A program made the translations under genes and the position numbers. From an uncultured Candidatus Saccharibacteria bacterium (GTDB lineage: Bacteria; Patescibacteriota; Minisyncoccia; UBA6257; 1-14-0-10-44-23), in the NCBI GenBank assembly GCA_964549935.1, contig CAZJVT010000003.1, positions 78,634 to 142,633 on the forward strand: a stretch of DNA of 64,000 bases, given 5' to 3'. The notes under the pieces were generated by a model. It was not told the DNA's origin. It did not search any database and was given only the letters and a program-made list of their open reading frames with translations. This document shows, one piece after another, positions 55,394 through 64,000 of the stretch. The first letter of the stretch is position 1, and every line of letters starts with the position of its first letter.

Positions 55394-55593
55394 GCAGGAA
55401 TCGAGAGGGAATGCCAACGGTGCTGTGCCAGGCCCCGCAGTGCTTCAGGCCGAGCTCAGGTTACGCCGTCGAGGAGGGTCTCGGCGTCACGCATTGCGAC
55501 CGCCATGCGGAATGGGCGAAGGCCCGGGTCGCCGAGATCGTCAAGGAGCAGGCTTCGAAGGTCGAAGCGGGGAAAGGGGCGACCAATGGCTAG
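55390..55593 (+). CDS. Small Cys/His zinc-binding protein
   Basis: CQAPQC...HCDRH; ATGA overlap. Confidence 0.5.
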   Translation: MSRNREGMPTVLCQAPQCFRPSSGYAVEEGLGVTHCDRHAEWAKARVAEIVKEQASKVEAGKGATNG

Positions 55594-55834
55594 GACACGC
55601 ACGCCGGAGCCGCCGGTCGAGATCGGCATCCAGAAGACCACCGCGGTCGCCATCGCCATCTCCCAGGCAAAGCTCCAGGAGATCGTCTTCGACTGGCTGA
55701 ACCAGGGCCTGGTGAAGGACGGTAAGGCGCCGGCGCCGGCTTCGAAGGAGGCTGTCGAGGTGACCGGCAATGTCGGAGGCGACGAGCAGCTCGACGGGAT
55801 CTCGGTCCAGTACCGGATCCAAGAGAGCCTCTGA
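55586..55834 (+). CDS. Small hypothetical protein
   Basis: MARTRTPEPP...; TGATG overlap with the next gene. Confidence 0.55.
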   Translation: MARTRTPEPPVEIGIQKTTAVAIAISQAKLQEIVFDWLNQGLVKDGKAPAPASKEAVEVTGNVGGDEQLDGISVQYRIQESL

Positions 55835-56832
55835 TGCAGAGAGAGCGCGCCACCAGGATGCTCGAGCGCATCTGTCAGCAGATCGACAGCGGCGACACTC
55901 CGGTTTCCTTTCATGGTCTCTGGGTATTCGGCTCCTATGCACGCGGCGCCACATCTCCTGGCGACCTGGACATCGTCGTCCTCCATGGGTCAGCCGATCG
56001 AGCGCGGGCCCGGAAATGGAAGAGCGAGGCTCGGCAGAAGTCCCTCAACTACATCGACTATCTCTGCTACCCACAACGGAAGTTGCAAGCCCTGGTCGGT
56101 ACGACCTTGCGACGCCCTGGGGAATCTATCGATATCTTGACGGGAAAATCCTTCAAGGACATCGAGGATAGTTTCACGATTACCAAAAAGGACTGCACCT
56201 TTCTTTGGTCTCCATCCGATAGAGACTGGCGGACAAAGTTGGCTGGAATTCGCGTCGACACCGCCGCAAAGAGCTTCGAGCACGGCCTGTTCATGAAACC
56301 GAAAGCGGCTCGCTGCGACTGGGATTCGATGGAGCATCTGACGGAGATGCTGCGCCAGGAGGTGCTTGTCGTTTCGAAGATCGGGCTTGGCGACGTCGAG
56401 GCGCCTCCGACCCTAAGCGCCTGGCCGGAACATGTCCGGTCTTCTTTGGAGCTGGCGTCGAGGTACGCAGGAAAGAAACGGCGCGAATGCCTGCCTTTTG
56501 CCTTTCAATGGCTCATCGACCAGGGAGAAGCTGGAATCTACGACTTCGATAACGAAGTACGGTCGGATGACGGACAATTCAAAGTCCTCATCGGGAACCT
56601 GTATCCCTATTGGATCAGCAGAACCTTGTGCGACGATGAATATGTCAGCGCGCTTGCGCATATCCTGCATTTCAGACGTGGGACGCCGCGCGAAATCCTG
56701 GTGTTCAGGCGTGGACCGCGGTGGCGGGAGCGCACTGCGATCAGCCGCGCCCTCCAGGAGGGCTTCGTGAGCGTGCCGGCCGTCGCGGTGGTCGCGGTTC
56801 CGGAAGAGCCGGACCACAGGAAAGCTGCGTAG
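55834..56832 (+). CDS. Pol-beta superfamily nucleotidyltransferase with a C-terminal extension
   Basis: LWVFGSYARGATSPGDLDIVV; lower GC than its neighbours. Confidence 0.75.
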   Translation: MQRERATRMLERICQQIDSGDTPVSFHGLWVFGSYARGATSPGDLDIVVLHGSADRARARKWKSEARQKSLNYIDYLCYPQRKLQALVGTTLRRPGESIDILTGKSFKDIEDSFTITKKDCTFLWSPSDRDWRTKLAGIRVDTAAKSFEHGLFMKPKAARCDWDSMEHLTEMLRQEVLVVSKIGLGDVEAPPTLSAWPEHVRSSLELASRYAGKKRRECLPFAFQWLIDQGEAGIYDFDNEVRSDDGQFKVLIGNLYPYWISRTLCDDEYVSALAHILHFRRGTPREILVFRRGPRWRERTAISRALQEGFVSVPAVAVVAVPEEPDHRKAA

Positions 56833-56837
56833 CGCAC

Positions 56838-57170
56838 ATGGGCTTCCAGTCTCGCTTCCGGTCCCGATCGTCATCGATCGGCGCGAAGGTCGCCTACGTC
56901 AAGAGCCAAGGCCAGACGCGCAACCATCATTGCCACTGGCTTGGCTGCGAGAAGCAGGTCCCGCCGGCGGTCTGGGGATGCAAGCCGCACTGGTACGCGC
57001 TGCCGCCGGAGATCCGGAACCGGATCTGGAATGCCTATCGGACCGGACAGGAGAAGGACATGCGACCGTCGCGCGAGTACGTCGCGGCTGCCCAGGAGGC
57101 GCAGGCGTGGATCGCCAGGAACCATCCAGCCAAGGCAGTCGAGATTCCGGCACAGATGACTCTCTTATGA
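56838..57170 (+). CDS. Phage-type zinc-binding protein
   Basis: HHCHWLGC..VPPAVWGCKPHWYALP. Confidence 0.7.
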   Translation: MGFQSRFRSRSSSIGAKVAYVKSQGQTRNHHCHWLGCEKQVPPAVWGCKPHWYALPPEIRNRIWNAYRTGQEKDMRPSREYVAAAQEAQAWIARNHPAKAVEIPAQMTLL

Positions 57171-57604
57171 GGTTCGAGCTCGACGACGGTGGCCGCTCGG
57201 CCGCCGGATACAAGGGCAGCGCCGGCGACTGCGTCTGCCGCTCGATCGCCATCGCTTCCGGCCGACCCTACGGCGAGATCTACCGGCGCCTCGCCGATGG
57301 CATGGGCGCGCAGCGCGCAGGGAGGTCGGGCAAGCGAGCGCGGTCGGCCAGGAATGGCATCGACGTTCGGCGGAAGTGGTTCAAGGCACTGATGGCAGAG
57401 CTCGGCTTTGCCTGGACCTCGACCATGTCGATCGGATCGGGATGCAAGGTTCACCTCCGCGAGGACGAGCTTCCTTCGGGTCGCCTGGTCGTCGCCGTGA
57501 GCGGTCACTACACGGCGGTCGTGGACGGCACGATCCGGGACACTCACGATCCTCAGCGAGAGGGATCGAGATGCGTCTACGGATACTGGAAGATGAGCGA
57601 CTAG
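57167..57604 (+). CDS. Phage-type protein with a papain-like Cys-His-Asp pattern
   Basis: GDCVCRSIAIA...GHYTAVVDGTIRDTHD...VYGYW. Confidence 0.7.
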   Translation: MRFELDDGGRSAAGYKGSAGDCVCRSIAIASGRPYGEIYRRLADGMGAQRAGRSGKRARSARNGIDVRRKWFKALMAELGFAWTSTMSIGSGCKVHLREDELPSGRLVVAVSGHYTAVVDGTIRDTHDPQREGSRCVYGYWKMSD

Positions 57605-57664
57605 GCTCTCATCGTCGCGTCGCGCGGTCGCGCCGCCGGAGGACCTGCATCCCTCCTCGGATAC

Positions 57665-59191
57665 TCAGTCCTGCCCCTTGATCATGTTGTGCAGGCCCTC
57701 GACCTTCGCCGACGGATCCTTCACGGTCAGCAGGAGGGCGTAGGCAGGCTTGAGACCTTGCGATCTTGTCATGTCTCCGGCGATGGAGGCGATCGCCGCA
57801 TCACGTCGCGAACTGTTCCCGATGGCGTCTGCGTACTTGATCGCCTCGGCGACCTGCCCCGCCTTCGACAGGGCTCTCGCGATCGCGGCTTGAGTGAAAT
57901 GGCGCGTGATGTCGAGCGAGATGAGCTTGATCATCTCGGTAGCCTTGTCCATCTGCCCTTTCGATGCGCGCCCGACGGCGATGGCCTCGATGACCCTTTC
58001 CTTCCTGAACTTGTCAGGGATCGATGTCGTCAAGGAGAAGGCGTCGTCGAGGAGGCTCCGAGAGATCTCGGCGGGTGCCTCCTGCCAGGAAGCAATGAAG
58101 ATCAGCATATTTGCCCGTTCCTCCGGGCCCTGGATTTCGCGAGCAAGCGCGACAGCCTCATCGAAACGCTTCGCCCTGGTCAGCTGCCTGACAGCATTCT
58201 CAAGGCTCCTGATGCGCTTGGAGTCATCCTCGATCATGCGCATCGCCGAAATCGCGCCGGCGAACGCTTCCTGTCCGCCGGGAAGCTCCAGCCTCGTCTC
58301 GACGACCCCGATCATAGCCAGGGCGGTTGATCTTTCTGAAGGGTCGACCAGGGATTCAGTGGCGCGGCGGGCTTGACCGACGAGAGCAAGAGCTTGCTGG
58401 CGACGGCCATTCTTCCGGTCGTCATCGGCGATGAAAAGGAGAGCGAAGACTCTGTAGTCGACGTTGTCGAATGTCTCGGAAACCTGGAGAGCGGCATCTC
58501 GCCTTCCGTGTTTCGTCAACGCCACCACGGCATAGAACCTGGCGTCTCGCGCCTGGCCCTTGTCGGCGATCGCCTCCACCTCCTGCAGGACCTCGCGTAC
58601 CTGACCGAGCGCGATCTGGGCTCGCATCCGGGAGGCGTTCACGATGGTTTTCTCGTATCCTTTCTCTGCCCTCCCCGCCATGTCCCTGATCTGATCGATG
58701 GTTTCCAAGGCGCCGGTCCGATCGCGCGATCTGGCTTGCACCTCCGCGACGGTCCTCATCGTCTCCGCCCTCGACATCAGCGAATCTTGCTTATGCGCCA
58801 ACGCCAGGATCTGAACGGCGATGCAGACCTCGTTCGGGTTCTCGATGCATTTCGGCTCTTCCTTCCGAGCTCGCTCGGTCCGGATCGCCACGATCGTCTT
58901 TGAGATTTCCTCGTCGATCGCCTTGAGCCAGAAGGTTCCGATCGGCTGGCCCGAGATCAGCTGGACGGCGAGATTGGATGCCGGATATTCCTCGACGATC
59001 CTGTCCGCGAGACTGCGTGCCTGCCTCAGGTTCTTGAGCCTGTCCTCGCTGTTGGCGGAGGCCGGTTCCTGGAGCAGCTTCTGCGCCTGCACGAAAAGGC
59101 GGTTGGCGGCAGCGTTCGGATCCTGGGCGGCGCTCGGCCACGGCAGGCTCCAGGCCAACATGATGGAGATCAGGATGCCGACGATGCGCAT
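57665..59191 (-). CDS. Secreted TPR/alpha-solenoid repeat protein
   Basis: Signal peptide; RIVEEYPASNLAVQL; repeated A..IA..G....A helical pairs. Confidence 0.8.
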   Translation of the reverse strand: MRIVGILISIMLAWSLPWPSAAQDPNAAANRLFVQAQKLLQEPASANSEDRLKNLRQARSLADRIVEEYPASNLAVQLISGQPIGTFWLKAIDEEISKTIVAIRTERARKEEPKCIENPNEVCIAVQILALAHKQDSLMSRAETMRTVAEVQARSRDRTGALETIDQIRDMAGRAEKGYEKTIVNASRMRAQIALGQVREVLQEVEAIADKGQARDARFYAVVALTKHGRRDAALQVSETFDNVDYRVFALLFIADDDRKNGRRQQALALVGQARRATESLVDPSERSTALAMIGVVETRLELPGGQEAFAGAISAMRMIEDDSKRIRSLENAVRQLTRAKRFDEAVALAREIQGPEERANMLIFIASWQEAPAEISRSLLDDAFSLTTSIPDKFRKERVIEAIAVGRASKGQMDKATEMIKLISLDITRHFTQAAIARALSKAGQVAEAIKYADAIGNSSRRDAAIASIAGDMTRSQGLKPAYALLLTVKDPSAKVEGLHNMIKGQD

Positions 59192-59289
59192 GGGTGGTCG
59201 CCCCGATTTTTCGCCATCTTAGCGAGTTTTCGGAGCCACTTCTCCAACTTGCCTCTCGGAGCTTTCTCCGCCAGCTGATACCTTCCACT

Positions 59290-60690
59290 ATGGCGTTCTC
59301 GCCCGAAACGATCGAGCGCGTCAGGCTCGCAAATCCCCTGGCCGACGTGGTCGGCGAGCGCGTGGATCTGCGCCGGCGCGGCGGCAGCCTCTCCGCCAGC
59401 TGCATGTTCCACGAGGAGAGGACGCCGTCTTTCCATATCTTCGAGGACGACCGCGGCGGCCATTTCCACTGCTTCGGATGCGGCTGCCATGGCGACGTCC
59501 TCGACTTCGCCCAAAGGCATCTCGGCCTCGGCTTCAGCGAGAGCGTGCGCTTCCTAGCGGAGCGCGCCGGCATCGAGATCGCCGAGGATGCCCATGCCGT
59601 GGACCGCCAGCGGCTTTCATCCCAGGTCTACGAAGTCATGGACTACGCTTTCCGGCTGGCCCAGGCGACGTTGGCGTCGCTGGCCGGACGGGATCCGGAT
59701 CATCCGGCCATGGTCAGCCTTGCACGCCTCGGCCTCGACGCCGAGGCGATCGGTATCGCCGGCCTCGGCTTCATCCCTGAGGGCACCGCCCTCACGCAAC
59801 GGCTGGTCCAGGACGGAGTGACCCGACAGCTCCTCGAGGAAGCGGGCTTCATCGGGTCCGGCGAGGACAGCCTCGGAGGCCGGATTGTCCATCCTGTCCG
59901 AGACCGGCTAGATCGCGTCGTCGCCCTGATCGGCCAGCCGATCGATCTCGCGTCCGGAGATGCGGCGCTGGTGCATCATCGAAACGCGGGCCGGCTCCCG
60001 GCGATCGTCCACTACGGCAGCCGGCGCAACAGGATGCGAACGAGTCCATTGCCCGACGAAGGCGACTTTGCTCGCCGGGCTGCCGGCATGGACGGGCGCC
60101 CGGCCGGGATCGTGGTCCCCGACTTTCTCGCTGCCTCCATCCTCGCCGGACACGGCTTTGCCGACGTCATGGCGCCGACCTCCGGCCTTCTCCTGCCGGA
60201 CGCGATCGCCGCCGCCTGGCGCATCACCGACGAGCCCGTGCTGGTCGTCCCAGACGACGAGGTGGGGAACGCGTTCATGCGATCGTCGATCGAGGGGATC
60301 CTTCCCCTGGTTGGCCCCGGGCGCTCTTTCCGCTTTCTCCGGGTCCAGCCGGCCGCCTTCCCCGGCGGTCCTGCCTTCGATCCGGAGGTCATGCGGCTGA
60401 GGATCCTCGGAATGGCGGAGAACCTGGTCGACGTCGTCTGGGATCTCGAGGTTCCAGGCCCTCCTCCTGGGAAGTCGGCGTCCTCCTGGGATGCGATCCA
60501 TGGCCGCTCCCAGTCTCCGGTGGCCCTGGACCGCCTTATCCGCCGCGTTCGCGGGATCCATCACGAGGAAGTCAGGTCCTTCTACGCGCTCGACTATGCG
60601 GGAAGATCCCGGATCCAGCTGGGCATCGACCCGAGGTGGCCGGAGGCGGATCCGGTCCGCGTGCTGGCGCTGGACCTGGCGCCGGCCTGA
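59290..60690 (+). CDS. DnaG-derived protein with an intact CHC2 finger and degenerate Toprim
   Basis: CMFHEERTPSF..FHCFGCG..GDV; GRIVHPVRD; VVPDFLAA in place of VEGYMD. Confidence 0.8.
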   Translation: MAFSPETIERVRLANPLADVVGERVDLRRRGGSLSASCMFHEERTPSFHIFEDDRGGHFHCFGCGCHGDVLDFAQRHLGLGFSESVRFLAERAGIEIAEDAHAVDRQRLSSQVYEVMDYAFRLAQATLASLAGRDPDHPAMVSLARLGLDAEAIGIAGLGFIPEGTALTQRLVQDGVTRQLLEEAGFIGSGEDSLGGRIVHPVRDRLDRVVALIGQPIDLASGDAALVHHRNAGRLPAIVHYGSRRNRMRTSPLPDEGDFARRAAGMDGRPAGIVVPDFLAASILAGHGFADVMAPTSGLLLPDAIAAAWRITDEPVLVVPDDEVGNAFMRSSIEGILPLVGPGRSFRFLRVQPAAFPGGPAFDPEVMRLRILGMAENLVDVVWDLEVPGPPPGKSASSWDAIHGRSQSPVALDRLIRRVRGIHHEEVRSFYALDYAGRSRIQLGIDPRWPEADPVRVLALDLAPA

Positions 60691-60767
60691 AGACGCACGC
60701 GGTCTTCCCTGGCGCGCCTATCTGCCGTCCTGTATAATCCTGTCGGCTCTTGTCGATAGGGAAGCAA

Positions 60768-61172
60768 ATGGCCGGCACCGAGATCAAGGTCTTCACCGTC
60801 GTCCGGGAGCGCTTCGTTCCGATGCGCCAGGTCCTGACGATCCGCGCGGCCTCCGGCGAGGAAGCGCTGATCAAGGCTGCCGCGGCATCCTGGAAGGGCG
60901 AGGCGGCACAGCCCGCCGACGAGGGCGGCCTCTGCCAGGCTTTCGAGGGTGACCACGAGAACGCCGATGCCGCCCGGGACGCGCGGGCCGTCGAGCACGC
61001 CATTCCCTACTCGCTGCTGCATAGGAACGACCGCAACGAACGCCTTCTCGAAGGACTGATGGGGCTCCTCGATCGCCTCGTCACCGATGCGAAGCCCGAT
61101 CTCGAGAAAGAGGTCCGCCGGCTGCGGCTGCTCGCCGAAGGGAAGCATGCCCCGGAGGACCTGGACGCATGA
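60768..61172 (+). CDS. Hypothetical protein
   Basis: TATAAT at 60733; coupled to the next gene. Confidence 0.6.
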   Translation: MAGTEIKVFTVVRERFVPMRQVLTIRAASGEEALIKAAAASWKGEAAQPADEGGLCQAFEGDHENADAARDARAVEHAIPYSLLHRNDRNERLLEGLMGLLDRLVTDAKPDLEKEVRRLRLLAEGKHAPEDLDA

Positions 61173-61438
61173 CCGGCGAGGTCAGACCCCTCTACTCGCT
61201 CTGGATCACCTTCCGCTCCAACGAGCACCCGTTTCAGACCGATTACGATCCCTATCCTAAGAACAAGTTCGCCTCCGACGAGGAAGCATTCGCCTGGTGC
61301 CGTGGGATGCGCGAGGGCATGGGACCCGACTACGACATCTCGCTGAGGAAGAACGGGCAGCCTATCGAGGTGCCCCAGCTGCCTGAGCCGGCCGCCTCGG
61401 AAGGCGTCGACGTTCCATCCCCAGGCCCGACTCCATGA
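61169..61438 (+). CDS. Small hypothetical protein
   Basis: ATGA overlaps on both sides. Confidence 0.6.
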   Translation: MTGEVRPLYSLWITFRSNEHPFQTDYDPYPKNKFASDEEAFAWCRGMREGMGPDYDISLRKNGQPIEVPQLPEPAASEGVDVPSPGPTP

Positions 61439-62067
61439 ACGATCCCGTGAAGCTTCTCCCCTGCCCGTTCTGCGGGGGCCAGGCGTCGATGGACGAGCTC
61501 GATGGCCGCCGCGGAACGTCCCGGCAAAGCTGCATCGTCACATGCCTCGACTGCGGCGCCAGCCACGAGAGCTCTGACGAGGGCGACCGATGCGGCACGT
61601 CCTGGAACCGGAGGGCATCACCGTCGCCGGCTGATTTTCCGGACATCTCGGCCGAGATCGACAAGTTCGCCCACTCCTTGGACGAGGCGGCGAAGCTGCT
61701 CGACATCCGTCGTCCGGTCGGCGGAAGCACGACCATCCGCGACATGCTGGCCGATGCCGGCGCCGTCGTCCGCCAGCTGCACGAACGCCTCGTCGTCCAG
61801 CACTCTTCCGCACCGCCGCCGCCCAACCCCTGGCCAAGCCGACCGCCAGAGTTCAATCGCTGGTATGCGGAGGCGCCGCGCTTCCTGGCATACGTCCAGC
61901 GGCATCCCGAGGCGTGGTGCCGCGACGGCAGGCTGAAATACCTGAACGTCCGGGTCGACACCCGATCGAGCCACTTCCGGGTCTTCGCGGACCCGGAGCA
62001 TGGCGGCGGCGAGATCTCGCCCGACGAGTTCGTCGCCGCGTCGCAAAAGGGCCGCGCCGCGGTGTGA
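61435..62067 (+). CDS. Lar-family restriction alleviation zinc-finger protein with an extra C-terminal domain
   Basis: LLPCPFCGG...VTCLDCGA...WNRRA. Confidence 0.75.
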   Translation: MNDPVKLLPCPFCGGQASMDELDGRRGTSRQSCIVTCLDCGASHESSDEGDRCGTSWNRRASPSPADFPDISAEIDKFAHSLDEAAKLLDIRRPVGGSTTIRDMLADAGAVVRQLHERLVVQHSSAPPPPNPWPSRPPEFNRWYAEAPRFLAYVQRHPEAWCRDGRLKYLNVRVDTRSSHFRVFADPEHGGGEISPDEFVAASQKGRAAV

Positions 62068-62131
62068 GCTTTCGCTTCACGCTGCTATAATCCCTTCCGC
62101 CATCTGCTATAGGCGAACGGAAGCCGATTCG

Positions 62132-64000
62132 ATGCCCGTCCTGGCGCTGCCCAAATCGTTCTTCGTCCGCGAGCGCAACGATGTGTATGGGCGATGGCAC
62201 ATCGCTTTCTGGCGCGAGCTCGTCTCCAACTCGATCGACGCCGGTGCTTCCCGCATCCAGATCCGGACTTCGTACGGAACGATCCCCGGCGGCGACGGCA
62301 CCGAGGTCTTCGAGGTCACCTTCGCCGACAACGGCTGCGGGATGAACCGCGAGACGCTCGAGGACGTCTACTTCAAGCTCGGGGCCTCGACCAAGGGCGA
62401 GGGATCCAGCGGCGTCGGCGGCTTCGGTCGTGCCCGCATCCTCACCTGTTTCAGCCATGTCGCCTACTATATCCGCACGCTCGACTGCGAGGTCACCGGC
62501 GATGGGGCGGAATATTCGCTGACCAGCGGTCTTCCTCGCCAGCCGGGCTGCACCGTCGTCGTCGGCATCGATCGCAAGGAAGCAGAGAGGCTCGAGGAGG
62601 GGCTCAGGAAGTTCCTGCAGGAATGCCAGCTCGACTGCGAACTCGAGATCAACGGCGAGCGCTACCAGGGCTGGGGCTACAAGGGCCGCGTCAGCCGGCA
62701 GCTCGTCGACGAGGCCGGCAACCCATTCGCCAACGTCCATGTCAGCTATGGCGAGAAGGCCAGGAACAAGGGCCGTCTGATCGTCCGCGTCAACGGCGTC
62801 TCGATGTTCACGCCCTGGGTGCGGGACCTTGACGCTCAGGTCATCGTCGAGGTCTCGCCCGAGAGGTCGCGTGCCATCCTGACCGGCAGCCGCGACAATT
62901 TCCGCTCTCCCTATTCCGACATCCTCGACCGGTTCACCCAGGAGCTCGCCTCGGACCGCTCCAAGATGCTTCGGGTGCATGACGAGGTCTCTGTCCAGGT
63001 CTATCGCGGCGCCGGCATTGCCGCGGCGACGCCAGGATCCTACGCCGGCATCAGATCGGGATCGACCAGGGAGAGCACCGGTCTCTGGGCTCCGGCTCCC
63101 GCCGGCTCCGTCGGCGCGTCCGAGAGCGCGGGCGGCATCAGCCCGATCAGGTTGCCGGCGGACTTGCCCGACATGGTGGTCCGCATCGCCAGCCCGAATG
63201 CGGCTTCGAAGCGATCCCTCGTCAGGTTCCTGCCCGAGAACTGGACTAGGGCTTCCGGCGAAGGATCGTCTGCCCGCATCCTCTATGCCATGTGGGTGGC
63301 TGCCTGCGAGCATGCGATCGCGGCTCTGCTCAGGGTGCGCCCCGGGCTCGGGGAGGTGCGCTACATGCCCGGCTTCTATTTCGACACGCCGGAGGACGGC
63401 GCCAGCTACACGCGCGGCCTCCATTCGACGGTCGCGATCCCCGGAGAGCTCGACAGGCGGACGCACGCGATCCTCCTGAACCCGCTCGACGACAAGGGCC
63501 GGCTCCTCTACTCGGCGACGTCGAAGTCCGATCGCAAGACGCTGATCGCGGTCGCCAAGCACGAGGCCGCGCATGTGGTCGAGGAGTCCCACGACCAGGA
63601 CTTCGCTTCCCTGCTGACCTTCATCGACGCGGCCTTCGACGAGCGCCTGGCCTTCCAGCGCATGGACGAGCTCGCCTCCCGGATGCGCTCGGCCTTCGGC
63701 AGGAAGGCGCTGGTGCAGCAGGTGACGCAGGCTCAGCGGGCAGCGCCCCAGCCGCCGGCAGAGACAGGCATCCAGCGGCCCTGGGAACGACGCCTCGCCG
63801 CCGATCACCCGATGACGATGTCCATGGCCGGGCTTTCGACGCCGCCGATCGGAAGAACCGGATCACCCGCGCCCATCGGCCCGGTCGCCGCCGCGGTCGC
63901 GACCTCCGTCGCCGATACAGGACGTGCCGGCGTGGTCGCCGTGGACGCCACGCTGGTCAGCGATCTCGAGCGGCTCTTCGCAGAAGGTGCCGAGAGCGCC
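62132..64000 (+). CDS. GHKL (HATPase/MORC-like) ATPase fused to a zincin HExxH domain; runs off the window end
   Basis: Translated by hand: FWRELVSNSIDAGA, FADNGCGM, LGASTK..GVGGFG, later AKHEAAHVVEESHDQDF; frame open to 64000. Confidence 0.85.
   Translation, partial: MPVLALPKSFFVRERNDVYGRWHIAFWRELVSNSIDAGASRIQIRTSYGTIPGGDGTEVFEVTFADNGCGMNRETLEDVYFKLGASTKGEGSSGVGGFGRARILTCFSHVAYYIRTLDCEVTGDGAEYSLTSGLPRQPGCTVVVGIDRKEAERLEEGLRKFLQECQLDCELEINGERYQGWGYKGRVSRQLVDEAGNPFANVHVSYGEKARNKGRLIVRVNGVSMFTPWVRDLDAQVIVEVSPERSRAILTGSRDNFRSPYSDILDRFTQELASDRSKMLRVHDEVSVQVYRGAGIAAATPGSYAGIRSGSTRESTGLWAPAPAGSVGASESAGGISPIRLPADLPDMVVRIASPNAASKRSLVRFLPENWTRASGEGSSARILYAMWVAACEHAIAALLRVRPGLGEVRYMPGFYFDTPEDGASYTRGLHSTVAIPGELDRRTHAILLNPLDDKGRLLYSATSKSDRKTLIAVAKHEAAHVVEESHDQDFASLLTFIDAAFDERLAFQRMDELASRMRSAFGRKALVQQVTQAQRAAPQPPAETGIQRPWERRLAADHPMTMSMAGLSTPPIGRTGSPAPIGPVAAAVATSVADTGRAGVVAVDATLVSDLERLFAEGAESA

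Noticed and set aside
55834-56832. CBASS CD-NTase
   Set aside because: The GS/DxD motif is at the extreme N-terminus as in minimal NTases, and no Cap effector is adjacent.
1-64000. Intact prophage, IS elements, tRNA/rRNA or T4SS
   Set aside because: No capsid, terminase, tail, integrase, transposase or VirB motifs, and no RNA gene signatures were recognised. The element type cannot be settled from this window.

Overview
GC-rich, alphaproteobacterial-type DNA that reads as part of a large plasmid or phage-plasmid. I found no housekeeping operons, rRNA/tRNA, CRISPR array, virion genes, T4SS genes or transposases. The left end holds a replication/regulation module: a CHC2-Toprim primase running off the edge, GcrA-like and Cro-like regulators, a YqaJ-type exonuclease, a dNMP kinase and an AT-rich origin-like region. 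The backbone also carries an SF2 helicase with HA repeats, a UvrD helicase, a strawberry-notch helicase, a PcfJ-like protein and topoisomerase III. Many phage-like or conflict-related accessory genes are present: Mom-like DNA modifier, PLD nuclease, Fic, R2K-like ATP-grasp, SLOG, macro-like protein, HNH-RNA ligase, nucleotidyltransferase, Lar and a GHKL-zincin fusion. The most notable observations are a lipoprotein with a gasdermin-like sequence pattern, a shared Pro-rich C-terminal tail on many unrelated cytoplasmic proteins, an origin whose repeat motif recurs upstream of the primase, a catalytically dead DnaG copy, and host cell-cycle/signalling mimics (GcrA, Hpt). All family calls come from motif recognition by eye; no searches were run.
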